A stretch of DNA of 64,000 nt, taken from Leucoraja erinacea (lineage: Eukaryota). The stretch lies in contig NC_073407.1 of NCBI RefSeq assembly GCF_028641065.1, forward strand, positions 13,702,001 to 13,766,000, written 5' to 3'. How positions within the stretch are numbered: the stretch's first letter is position 1; each line of letters begins with the position of its first letter. The notes beneath the pieces are model-generated. The model saw only the letters and a list, made by a program, of their open reading frames with translations, did not search any database and was not told the DNA's origin. Of the stretch, positions 24,864 through 36,900 are shown piece after piece. The translations under genes and the position numbers were made by a program.

Positions 24864-27800
24864 CTGTGGAATATAAAAGGTACAACTCAAAATAATGAAG
24901 ACAACGATGCCACGAGGATTGTTGTTAATTAGGGGCATATACTGGGCTAAATGTATATGTATATGTTAGTATGTGTACATATACACACACTAACTATTTT
25001 TATTGTTTATTATAATATTTACAGTATACTCTGTTTACATATTCTGTTGTGCTGCTGATTGTTATTTCATTGTTCTATCTGGGACATTTGACAATAAAAC
25101 ACTCTTGACTCTTGGTTGTTAGACATGCAGAAGAATAAATCAGAAATAATGGCGGCATATGGAGAGGTAATGGGCGTGGGATGAAGAGTAATGGCAGGTG
25201 AGTCTTTGGCGACAGCTGGATAATATTTTGGGATGGAATTATGCAAAAACGGATGGCTTGGAAGTAAATGTGGAAGTACATTATTTGTCAATGACCATTG
25301 ACAAAAAGACTACGACAATTTACAAAAATGGAATTGATAATTTGAGAAGACAAACATTTCTGTGCTAAGGCTGGGTATAAAGCTGTCTGAGTGATTCAAA
25401 CATGGACATGCAGGAATAATGATCATGACTTTGAGAAACAACAACATTAGGAGCACCAACAAGGAACTTAAGGATTGTTTATGAGTGGAGGATTGCGTGT
25501 AAATTTGTAAAAAATAATTCATTGCACTATGGTCAGCAATGTGGTGGAATAAATCGAGCGATGATGGATCCCCTTCAAAAAAAGCTCTGAAAGGGCAATC
25601 AATATCAATCAATCAATATCAATATCAGTCGTGTTATTCGTCACTTGCACATAAAGTGCAAGTGAAATGAACTTGCCAGGAATTTGCCAATATGTATATA
25701 GGAATAAAACTAAGGAAATGTAAATTCAAAGCAAAAGAAAGTCTTAGAGGAACCTTTCCCCAATGGAATCTGGAAAGAGAATAAAGTGTCAAAGGGGCTG
25801 AACAAATGCCAGATATCAAAGTGGAAATGGAAACCAAAACCAAAAGTGTTTACTGGACTAACATTCTTCCTTCAACCAATATCAGCAAAACCAGCTTACT
25901 TGCTCAGACATCTCTGTGTTCTGGTGGAATATCTGCTACATTTGCCGAAGTAACTACAAATTAATTAATTATTATGCGTGTTAGGCAAAGGATTACAAGA
26001 ATCTGCAGCAGCAGATTCTGATATAGGCAACCTCCGTGTTATGGAGATGTAGCATTGCTAGAAAACATTGCCAGACCACCTCACCATTTTCTGCAACATA
26101 AAGCCCAGCGCATGTGTCACGAAACACGAGTTGAAAAAAACATATTTTGTGTTGAATTACTTACTTTTTTAATAGAGATTCCCTAAGAGCAACTTTTATT
26201 GCAAATTTTTGATTAGTTATTTGTGAATTTTGGAAGGGTGAATGGTTGTAAAGTTCTGGGGGACATCTGTCCAAGAAAAGTAATAGTTTGGATACTTAAA
26301 GAACAAAAAGGACCAAATGGAACTGAGCTGCCCAATGAAGGTGGAATTTGGCAACATATGTGATTTATTTGGTAGTAAAAGGATGCCCATGAGGAACATT
26401 GTTCAACAATATGCAGTAACTCACCCAGTTGATGGAATTCATCGGCAGTCTCACAGAACCCTGAAAAAGAGTACACAAAGTCAACATTACACCTCTCACA
26501 CGGGTGGTGTCAGCTGCTTATCAGAATCCATTCACAAAGAATGTCACAACACCAACTGGTGGCAGGTTGAATATAGAGAATGGGATGCAGGGGGGTGGGA
26601 TGGAAGGCAGAGCTTTAGGGGGAATGGCAAGGAGAGCTGGGATAAAGGGGTGATGGAGAACAATGAGCAGGATTGAAGAGGAATATGAAGGACCAGTGTG
26701 ACGGAGAGGTGAAATGAAAAATTATGGGATGATGAAGTGGTGAGGAAGGTTCTCAAATGTGTCCAGGATAATTTTCCAAAGCAGTATGTTCCCAGTCTAA
26801 CAAGGAAGGGGGGCATTGCGGGGTCTACTTCTGAGGAATGAGGTGGGTAAAGTGCCGTGCATTTTGGCGAGAGAACATATAGGGAAACGGTGATCAGAAC
26901 ATCATAAAATTTAGGTTAACCATAGAAAAGCAGAAGGAGAAAAATACAATAAGCATCGGAAATTGGAGGAAGGCTACTTTTAACAGGACCAGAGTTGATC
27001 TGGCAGGTGAATAGCAACCAAGGTTGACAGGCTTAGCAGGGCTGCCTTTAAGGAAGAGATGGTTCAGGTGCAGTTGTGATAGATTTCCATGAAAAGCAAA
27101 GGAAAAGAAACATCTCCAGAACGCTTTGGATGGTGAAATAGACACACAGGAAGTTTGTGTGTGACCTGTGTTGGGTTATTAACACCAATGAGGAGGAGGC
27201 TGATTACAAAGGGATCAGAGAGGTGAAAACTAAAATAGGAGAAGCAAGGAGAACAAATGAGGAAAGTCTGAAATGCTGTAAGAACGTACAGTAGTAGCAT
27301 CTGTGGAAAGAGAAACTGGTCAACATTTCAAGTTGAACACCCTTCATGAGAACTACGATTCTGTGGTGGAGGGTGAGATCTCCTGGCACCCATTGCTTTT
27401 CTACCGTCTAAAATATGCCAGTCACATGCCTTGGTCCAACCCTAAATAACTACCAAAGCAGATCAGAACCCAGCTATGAGGCAGCAGCTCAGCAGCTCAA
27501 CTATCTGTGCCATTGACCCACCCACCTTTCATCCTTAGCCACACCATCCAGCCCTTCCGCACGTGTCCCCCTCCTCCCATTTCCCAACTTTCTTGCAGCT
27601 CTCTGATTCATTCTTCAATTTCCACTAATTACTCTCCTTCTCACTTCCCTTTTGATTTATGTGTTTATTGTTGTCGTGTGTGCAGTGAAAAGCTTTATTT
27701 GTGAGCTATTCAGTCAAACCATTCTATACATGAGTCCAATCAAGCCAGACACAAGTAGAACTGGTAGTGCAAAGAGCAAAATACCAGAGCACAGAATACT

Positions 27801-30800
27801 GTGAAAGTGTTTTGTTGTTACAGTTTCAGAGAGAGCACTGACTTTAAAAAACACAATGTCTGCATTGAGGTAGGTTGGAAAATTTGGCCAACACCCTATC
27901 CCAAGCAAGTGTAGGTACAACACTTGTCCTTTCAGCTCGCCCCTTCTCACCATACTGGATCAAACACCCATTCCAGGTGAATCAATGCTGCATTCAATGG
28001 TGTCTCTGCTGCTGAAATTGGTTATTCCTTAACTTCTCCAGTTCTGTTTATCTTACAACAGATGCTACCTGAACTGCTGGGTATCTCCATGTTTCCCCAT
28101 TGTTGCTTCTGCAAGTGAACAAATATAGCTAGTTTCTTTAAAAGACTGTCCTGACATTGGGATAATTCTGACCATAGTCAGGGAACTTGTAAATTAAAAT
28201 ATCCGGGATGTTGTTGTCGAGAACAAGTTGACGAAACTTCCTCTGTACAGCCTGGTTAATATTAGTGGTTCTCCCTGGAAAAAAGAGAAAGAAACAGTTA
28301 TAGAAGTCGAGTCTTTCGGTGATAATCACACAATGTGTTGCTGTACAGTACTTCTCCTGCTCTTAACCAGTTCTGTAACAGCCTAAAGTGTGTTTGATGG
28401 GTCAGCATGTAAGGGGCACAAAATCAGGTACATGGGTAGGAACGGTTTCGAGGGATACGGGCCAAACTCTGGCAAATGGAACTAGCTTAGATGGAGCATC
28501 TTGGTGGGCATGGACAAGTTGGACTAAAGGGCCTGTTTCCATGCTGTGTGATTCTATAACTGGGGCTACCATAAGGAGGCTTTACTCTGTATATTAAGCT
28601 GTGCAGCACTTTCAAGACAGTGGGAGTTTTGGCCTCGCGTCATGGCCAGCTTATACCTGTCACTGGGAGTTCACCATCTTGTATTTGTTGATGCCTCTCA
28701 CCCCAATGAGAATACATTTTTTTTAAATAATGTAGAGGAGTGAGAGGCACACAATCATGTGTATCCTAATTTAGGTTTAGTTTGGGCTTCAAATATGTCT
28801 GCTACTATAGGACCTGGCTTTACCTACCATAGAGTTTGAGAGTGATTCTCCGTCTTTGCTGAAAAAAGACAATTGCATAATTGGTGTAGTCTGTTTCACT
28901 GATTACAATGTCAGTAGTAAGCCCCCGATCTGTGGAGTGAAGCAAAGACACAATCTGAAGAAGAGTCTCGACCCAAAACGTCACCCATTCCTTCTCTCCG
29001 GAGATGCTGCCAGTCTCGCTGAGTTACTCCAGCATTTTGTGTCTACCTTCGACACAATTAGGATGTTGATTCCTGAAACAACTATGTGGGATAATAATAT
29101 TGAAACAGATTGCCAATTGTGGCTTTTTACTGAGCCACTCCTAGTCTCTCCTTCCTCGGAATGAATCAAGAATGCAGCATAGGCGACTATCCATACCCAT
29201 TGATGCCTGCCCAGGTACTCCCACTCTCCACTACCTTCCCCATTTCCTAATAGTATTTCTCGATGAAGGAATTATTCGCTGGGCTCCTCCCAACCTTGAG
29301 CCTATCAATATCTCTCCTAAAGGCAGGTACTGCAGTGGGTTCCAGATTGAAAATACACAAATGAATGGTCATGGGCTGTCATGGAAGTTCATGCACACAT
29401 CATTCTCCTATTTCAAGCCAGTTTAAATCTAATTAAGGTTTAGTGTAAGAATTGGAGAAATTTCAGTTCTGGATAATAACATGGCCTTTACACCCCCACC
29501 TTGACATCATGCAAATAATAAAACAAATGGAAGGAGTCAGCAATTTTAAGAGAGAGTCATAATCAATGGGAGTGAGGAGGGAACAAAGAATGTCAGAATC
29601 TTACGGGCAAGAGAGAGTTATATTAAAGGGGCTTGATGGGAGGAAGGATATTGTCAGGTTCTTGTGCATTGGGGGAAGAAGTCAGCATTGGGGAAGGGTG
29701 GACGACAGGGGAAAATTAGATCAAATCCTTAAGGGGAGACGAATAGGAGAGGATCAATGTCAGAGGAAGGAGGGTCAGCCCTACAATAGAACACTATAAA
29801 ATTAGTGTAGGAAGGATCTGCAGATGCTGGTTTAAATCGAAGATAGACACAAAATGCTGGAGTAACTCAGCGGGACAGGCAGCAACTCTGGAGAGAAGGA
29901 ATTGGTGACAAGGGGGAAAGCAGTATCTTTAGGACGTGGAGAGACAGCCATTAGAGCGAGGAGCATTGGGAGCAGTGGGAGAGAGTCAGCCATAATGGGA
30001 AGTGGCGAGGTGGGGGGAGAGGCGGGGAGTTAGTCCCTTTGAGGGAACAGGGCCACCGTTAGAGGGGAGGGGGAGAGGCATGGATCATTCCGAAGGGAAG
30101 AAAGTCATCGATTGTAGAGGAGAGGAAGAGTGTCACAGCTTTATGAGGCCAGTGAAGTGGAGAGTAGATTAGTGTTATCAGGGAGAAAGAGGGTGTGGAT
30201 TAAGGCCCATATTGAGATACACCAGGCTCTGGATAGAGGGGGAGTCAATGACTTGAGTGATGGGGTGGGAAAGAGGGAGAGTGAATCTCAACAGGGAAGA
30301 GGCTGCATCTCTAATGGGGTGGTCCCTGTCTCACAGGGCCTTTTTATATGCAATACAACTCTATGAAATTCCAACTTGTGGAAAGAAAAAAAAAAGCAGC
30401 TCATTAGAGGGAGTAAACCTTCGTGTGATGAGAATAAAGAGGGAAGGAGAAGAGGGTCAACACTTCAACAGTGAGGGGGAGAAACTCAGCCCTTCAGGCC
30501 CTGACGTATCTCGTGTTATGAAGGGAGGGAGTCAGCATTTTCGGGGTGGGGGGGGCAGAGGGAGTCAGTCAGGAAGGAGCGGAGGCAAAGAACTCTCAGT
30601 GGATGTGTGAGATACACTAATGGGACCAGTGGGGACCAGTGGAAAGTTACAAAACAAGAACAAAGATTTCACAAACTTTTCCGTGAGAATCTCCCAGGTA
30701 TTGCAGCCTTCTTGTACTCTTGTTTAATATCCCAACAGATCCCATCCCTGGGAGTGAGAGAAGAGAACACACATTACATTTTGCTGCATGGCATGCTTAA

Positions 30801-33272
30801 AGCTGTGTTTTTTGTTAACCTCTGCAGTCAAAATCTTAGCCCAGCAAAGAAACTCCACTGAGCCTTCTTTATTTGACCCTGTGGTTCCCCCATTGATAGA
30901 CCTGGCTGCAGGAGGATCCTGTTCAGTTAGTCAACTGGGCACAGTCATAGCAGATTAAATTAAATCATGTTAAGTGCAAGTTGATGCATTTTGTAAGGAC
31001 CATTAAGCGTAGGATGTACATGACGAATGGTAGGGCCCTAGAGAGAACTGACGAATGGAGGGTCCTCAGTAAGGCCAAGGATCCCTGAAGGTGGCAACAA
31101 AGTTAGATAAGGTGGCGATGAATGTATATGATTTTCATTAGCTGGGGCAGAGAATGTAAGAGCAGAGAGGTTATTGTGTATCTAAATAAATCATTGGTTA
31201 GACCAAAGCTGGAGTACTGTATGCAATTCTGGTCATCTTACTGTAGGAAGGACATAATTGGAGATGGTACAGAGAAGATCCACCACAGTTTTCCTGGGAT
31301 GGAGCATTTCAGTAATGAGGAAAGACTGGATCGACAGGGCTAGTTTCCACTTGGGATGCAGTAGGTTGAGATGGAAAAAGATACGAGTTAAAAAAATTGA
31401 GGGTATTATACGGTACATAGTAAGAAACCTTTCTCCACAGCAGAGGTGTCTATAATTGGAAGACATGGATTTAAGGGAAATGGCAGGAGGTTTAGAGGCA
31501 ATTTGACAAAGAACCTTTGCACTAACTGGGTAGCTGATGGAAGCAGAGATTCTCACATTTAGTAGGTAACTGAATAAGCACTTAAAAGTCCATGAGAGAA
31601 GGCTATGGAACACGTGCTGGTGCGTAGGATTAGTATATTACTATTGTAAAGGATTAATGGTCAGCAGGCCTGTTTCTGTGCTGTATGAATCTATGATTCT
31701 CTGAAGGTACGAATACTAAATCTGACTGAGTGAGTGTGAGCCCACGGCCTGCTGATCAGGTCTGGTGGAGACAGGGGTCCAACGTTTGTTGAGTGGGAAC
31801 AGGTAGTTTAGTTCAGAGATACAGCGTGGAAACAGGCCCTTGGGATATTTTCAAAGGCCAATTACCTAAAACACTGCACGTGTTTGGAATGTGGGTTGAA
31901 ATCAGTGCACCCGAAGAAAACCCTCGTGGTCACAGGGAGAATGTGCAAACTCCGTACAGACAGCGCCTGTAGGCAGGATCGAACCTAGATTTCTGGCAGC
32001 AATTCTAGCGCTCCGACTGGTCCAGAGGGAGCAGGAGTCCAACTGGTCCAGTGGGGACAGGGGTCTAGTTCCTGACCAGAAAGAGGAGGGGGTCCTCTCA
32101 GTGAGAACATGAGTAATTGACCCTTGCTCTGTGATGCCAGCACAGCTCGTTTCCAGCTCAATTAAAGCAAAGTGACCGACTCCCAATGAAAGGGAGATTG
32201 GGAAATTGGCAGAAAGAATGTTTGTTTGCACTCACAGTTTGCGCAGTGTGTTGACACGCATGGCTTCAGTCTGATCGCTCACTTTGACAACGACGGCCTC
32301 CAGCCTGTGGTTATTTGTTGCCAAATGGGAACATTTCGATGCAATGGCAAATAGACGCCACACACCTGCAAACTAAAGTAAAACATCACATCCTGCGGTC
32401 ACAATGGAGCAGCATTGAGGGTTAAACACAGAGCATGATACTCTTCACACATACTCCCAACGCATTGCATTATCCCAATTACCTTCAATTGTGTTCAGTC
32501 TTAGCTTCTGCAGTCTCTTCGTGCAACTGAATTTTCTCTGCCGATGTTGTTGCACTAACTGCTTCCATTTATGAAGCCAAGAATCCCAACTGACGCTTTA
32601 ATCATTGTCTCAACCTATCCTACCAACTTCAAAGATTTCAATACAAATTATCTTAGGTCTGTTTCAGAATCCTTTGCAAAATTGTATAATTTAGTGTAAG
32701 CTGCCCCTTCCCATACAATCCAGCAAAATACAACACTTCACACTTCTCTGCATAATCTGCTGCTTGTCCACCCTTCATCAGCCTCATAGTCGGAGTCGCA
32801 CAGTACAGAAAGAGGCCCTTCAGCTCAACTTGATCATGATGCCCCATTGAAGCTAGTCTCGTTTGCTCACACTTGGCCCATATCCCTCTAAACCTTTCCT
32901 ATCCACGTATATGTCCAAATTACTTTCAAATGTTATTAGACCTGCCTCAACTAGTTCCTCAAGCATCTAGTTCAATATCGTCTTCAACTTACTGGCAGCA
33001 TTATTGAATCTGTAAAGGGTTAAAAGCATGTTGCTGCTGAGGGAACGGAGATGGAGGTTCACTTCACCAGCAAGGCTGGATCTCCAATTGTACCACCATT
33101 AGGAAATAGTGTGGCTTAAAAATTGTGTTGTTACCTGCTGAACATTAAAGTTCTGCTGAGCCTGGATCGGGTCAATAGGATTCCGATTCTGTGTTCGCCG
33201 GCTCGCACTACTGCCACCTGAAAGGAAAGTTAAACTTAAAGTGGTAAGGAAGATCAATCTGAGAGGCCCCAT
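24841..33272 (-). CDS. C8G: Complement component C8 gamma chain (lipocalin), complete 7-exon gene, 202 aa
   Basis: Exons (-): 33135-33272, 32236-32372, 30677-30747, 28828-28929, 28173-28274, 26425-26460, 24841-24863; total 609 nt. Motifs FAGVWRL, ASKC (C8alpha-linking Cys), DGICW, ETDY, KFPDYGFCETADEFH; divergent from FBXW5 as in human. Confidence 0.95.
26425..26460 (-). CDS. C8G: C8G exon 6
   Basis: 36 nt: GFCETADEFHQL (human GFCEAADQFHVL); tttttcag/gtgagt. Confidence 0.9.
28173..28274 (-). CDS. C8G: C8G exon 5
   Basis: 102 nt: GRTTNINQAVQRKFRQLVLDNNIPDILIYKFPDY. Confidence 0.93.
28828..28929 (-). CDS. C8G: C8G exon 4
   Basis: 102 nt: RGLTTDIVISETDYTNYAIVFFQQRRRITLKLY; lipocalin TDY motif. 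Confidence 0.93.
28955..29050 (+). mobile_element. Short Penelope-derived element beginning at a hammerhead core
   Basis: CTGAAGAAGAGTCTCGACCCAAAACGTC plus tail; 8-bp TSD GACACAAT (28947-28954, 29051-29058). Confidence 0.7.
30677..30747 (-). CDS. C8G: C8G exon 3
   Basis: 71 nt: DGICWDIKQEYKKAAIPGRFSRK. Confidence 0.93.
30940..31700 (+). mobile_element. CR1-clade LINE 3' part
   Basis: KSLVRPKLEYCMQFWS motif and 3' tail. Confidence 0.8.
31805..32000 (-). mobile_element. HE1-type V-SINE fragment
   Basis: V-domain and tail on - strand. Confidence 0.7.
32236..32372 (-). CDS. C8G: C8G exon 2
   Basis: 137 nt: FAGVWRLFAIASKCSHLATNNHRLEAVVVKVSDQTEAMRVNTLRKL; lipocalin GxW motif. Confidence 0.95.
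33135..33272 (-). CDS. C8G: C8G exon 1
   Basis: 138 nt: MGPLRLIFLTTLSLTFLSGGSSASRRTQNRNPIDPIQAQQNFNVQQ; Kozak accATGg; gtaac donor. Confidence 0.9.
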
Positions 33273-33312
33273 GGTCTGGAGGCAGGCAATGTATCTGTTG
33301 AGTGAGCTCTGT

Positions 33313-33375
33313 GGAATTTCCCGTACATAGAGCAGTATTTACAAGTGACAAGGTCATCTCTGGTTTATCATTAAA
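33313..33375 (-). promoter_or_regulatory. C8G proximal promoter motifs
   Basis: GGGAAATTCC kB site (- strand, 33313-33322), TATTTAC (33336-33342), AGGTCA half-site (about 33351-33356), HNF1-like GTTTATCATTAAA (33363-33375). Confidence 0.45.
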
Positions 33376-33789
33376 GAAACACCAGCCTACAATTTTTGCT
33401 TGGACTAGTCAATTCTTCCTCTCCCAGAAATATCCTAATGTGGTCACTCCCCTCAAGCCTCACTACCCACCTTCTTCTCACCATAACCCCCAAGAATATC
33501 TACCTACCCTCTCACCTGTTATTCAACTCCAACTACAATAGAAATGAATCCAGAACAACAGAAAGTTGTCCTAAAAATGAAACTGGCACAACTGCATTAA
33601 TGGTCGGCATGACCTGTTTCTGTGGCGTATGAATCTACGTTAGTATGAAAGAGCGAATGCATTTTTTCATGGAAAGAATAACAGTAACAATTACTAATTA
33701 CAGTAACTTGCAGAATTTAGGAGGGGCATTGCTCCTTCCATTTCTGTATTTTGGAAATTGATGGAATTGCAGATAGTGAAGAAGATTGT

Positions 33790-34400
33790 CAAATGATACA
33801 GCTGGATATGGATTAGTTGGAAATTTGGGCAGAGAAACAGCAGATGGGAGTGTAATCCAGACAAGTATGAGTCCTGAATCCCTGAAAGTGGAAATGCAAG
33901 TGGATAGGGTGGTAAAGAAGGCATAAGGCATATTTGACTTCCATCTATTTTATCCGCCGGAAACCCGCTGAGTTTCTCCAGCTTTTTTGTGCAACTTCAA
34001 TTTTCCAGCATCTGCAGTTCCTTCTTAAACACTTTGACTTCCATCAGTTGGGCATTGAGTATAAAAGTTGAGAATTCATGTTACTGCTGCATTAAACTAT
34101 AGTTTGCCCATGTTTGGATATTGTGTGCAGTTCTGATTGCCACACTACAGGAAGTGGAGACACTGGAGATATTGCAGAAGAGGTTCACAAGAATGTTACT
34201 TGGATTTGAGAGTATTAGCTATAAGGTGAGGTTGGACAAACTTGGATTCTTTTTATGGAGTGTTAGGGGCTGAGAGGTAACCTGATAGAAGTTTACACAA
34301 TTACAAGAGGGATAGGGTAACAAATCAGTGATTTTTTCTCAGGATGGAAATACTAAAGGCCATATATTTAAGGTGTGAGGGAAAAAGTTGAATGGAGATT
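33790..34400 (+). mobile_element. CR1-clade LINE fragment with nested Penelope-derived insert
   Basis: CR1 3' coding remnants; insert at about 33946-34032 flanked by TTTGACTTCCATC direct repeats. Confidence 0.7.
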
Positions 34401-35059
34401 TGAAATGCTAAATTTAAATATTTGTACTTTCCACCATGCCATGTGTTTTAAAAAGTCTATCATTTATTGTTTCTACTTTAATTTTCCAATTTTCATTGAT
34501 ATCTTCTCCTGTTGTGGAGACCTGCCTATTGATAACCTATTTTTTCTAGCCAAATGGAACTTCGAGTTCTTGAGCGTGGATAGTTCTGTATACCTCTCCT
34601 GGACTCAGCACATCAATGCACTCATAAAGGAAGCGCATCAATGCCTCCACTTCCTTAGAAGTTGAGCGGATTCGGTATATCGACGAATGATCTTTTGAAC
34701 TACAGGTCTACGGTAGAAAGCATATTGAACGGTTGCATGACGTCCTGTTTTGGCAACTCGAACGGCCAAAAATAAAGCAGATTACAAAAAGTGCTGAACA
34801 CTGGCGATGAACTGTATCCATCACAGATACAGAGGGGAGGGGGAGTGAATGGATGGACTTGATCAAGTTACTTAAAATTGTGAATGGCATACATAGGGCA
34901 GACAGTGAAAACCTTTCGCCAACCAAAGATGTCTTTTATCTGAGAGCATAGGTTCAAGTTAAGGAGTGGAGGATTTAAGATCATGTCCGGTTTTGGTCTG
35001 GGAGGTCAGTCTGATTAATTGGTTTTCAGGTTTACTGAAGGGCAGTTCATTTTACCAAC

Positions 35060-36110
35060 TGAAGGTCTGCTCACTCAGCATTGGATCACTGGATAATAAA
35101 AACACACACGACAGGCTGTTGTGCATAGACTACAGCGCGCCATTTAACACCATCATCCCCTCCAAGCTGACGGAACAGGGTCTCTGCACATCCCTCTGCA
35201 AATGGAACCATGACTTTCTTCATCAACAGGCCACCATCTGTACGGAATTGGTAGTAACACTTCCTCCTCCATAACCATCAGCACGGGAGCACTTCAAAGC
35301 TGCATTCTCACCCCCCCCTGGTCTACTCACTCTATACTCATGACTGTGTAGACGGACACAGTTCAAACTCCATCTTCGCTGACGAAACCAACATTGTTGG
35401 ACGAAAGACAGATGACAATGAGACAAATTATAGGAGGGAGACAGAACGACTGACTAAATGGTACCAGAACAACAACCTTGCTCTCGACATCAGTAAGACC
35501 AAGCAACTGATTGTGGGCTTTGGAGGAGGAAGGATGAGGATCCATAAAGTTGTCTTCATCAATGGGACGATGGTGGAGAGTCAAAAGCTTCAAATTCATG
35601 GGTGTGCATTTCTCTGAGGATTTTGTCCTGGACCCAGCACATTGATTCAAGCATAAAGAAACCCCATCAATGCCTCTACTTAGAAGACAAGCTTAACCAC
35701 GCTCTCATTTCACTTCTGCCATCGGGAAGAAGGTAAATAGGGGCCTGTAAACGATAAAGTCCAGGTTCAGGAGCAACTTCTTTCCTACAATCATTAAACG
35801 CTGCAACCTCCAAATTATATAGATTTGGGAGAGTATTTTTTTGACTTTGCATTATTATTGTTCGTTTATTTAGTTANNNNNNNNNNNNNNNNNNNNNNNN
35901 NNNNNNNNNNNNNNNNNNNNNNNNNNNNNNNNNNNNNNNNNNNNNNNNNNNNNNNNNNNNNNNNNNNNNNNNNNNNNNNNNNNNNNNNNNNNNNNNNNNN
36001 NNNNNNNNNNTTATTGATTTTACAGACTATCGTGTTTACAGACTATCTGTTGTGCTGCTGCAAGTAAGAATTTAATTGTCAGTTTCATATGACAATAAAA
36101 CACATTTGAC
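35060..36110 (+). mobile_element. Rex1/Babar-type LINE remnant spanning the N gap
   Basis: [21 protein letters not shown] motif; 3' tail tgacaataaa at about 36090. Confidence 0.65.
35877..36010. other. Assembly gap
   Basis: Run of 134 N. Confidence 1.
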
Positions 36111-36123
36111 TAATGTTTTAACA

Positions 36124-36360
36124 ACCGACTGATTTTTCCGGTACACATACCGAGGGTTCGGTTTACCCATTGATTCTCCGGCTTACCCACTGAGTCTCGG
36201 GTTTAGCTGCTGATTCTCCGGTTTACCGACTGATTTTCCGATTTAATGACTATTTCTCCGGTTTGCCGACCGATTGACCAGTTTATCTCTTGACTAATCT
36301 GTGTACTGACTTATTGGCCGGTTTACCGACGGATTCCCCGGTTTACCGACTGGTTCCCGG
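36124..36360. repeat. About 20-bp tandem repeat beside the CpG island
   Basis: Units like ccgactgattttccggttta, roughly 11 degenerate copies. Confidence 0.8.
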
Positions 36361-36900
36361 GGCCGGGCCTGTTCCACCAGGAACCGCCAGGCTGCCCGAT
36401 CCTTTCCTCACAGTGGAGCCGGGAGAGCTCAGCTTCCACGTTCAGCTTCAGCCCAGGGAGAGCGGCGACCGACGCGCGATCCGCGCCCCCGTCCCCGCCC
36501 CCGCCCCCACCACGGCCCGGCCCGGCAACAGGCTGCGGGTAAGATGAGCCCGAGGGCCGGCGGCGGCGGCGCCCGCTTGCGATAACATTCCCGGAGACCC
36601 CGAGTTGCGGCTGGGCCGGGATATGGGAGGGTTAAGCCGGGCCTGCGGACGGGGGGAGAGTAAACAGGGCCTGAGAAGCGGCTGACAGGGCCCGGGGTTG
36701 GTGGTTGACGGGGCCCGGGGAGGTTGGTGATGGTGACGGCACATGGAGAGTGAGTGAGAGACTCCGGGACTCAGTTCGGACCTGGGCTTGAACGGGAAAT
36801 GGAACCGAGTGGGACAGTGTTGAGGTCCCAGGACCGGCGGTGGGGAGTTGACAGGTTCCCGGGAACGACGAGAATGGAATGGGGGTGGGGGTGGGGTTAT
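36340..36900 (+). promoter_or_regulatory. CpG island, FBXW5 promoter and probable non-coding first exon
   Basis: GC/CpG-rich stretch with tandem GC boxes (ccccgcccccgcccc, about 36493-36508) and a candidate donor cgg/gtaaga at 36539. Confidence 0.7.

Noticed and set aside
24841-33272. Idea that these lipocalin exons are the A1M half of the AMBP gene
   Set aside because: They match C8G residue patterns and exon sizes, have their own stop and AATAAA, and the AMBP-like gene has its own exon 1 and promoter motifs.
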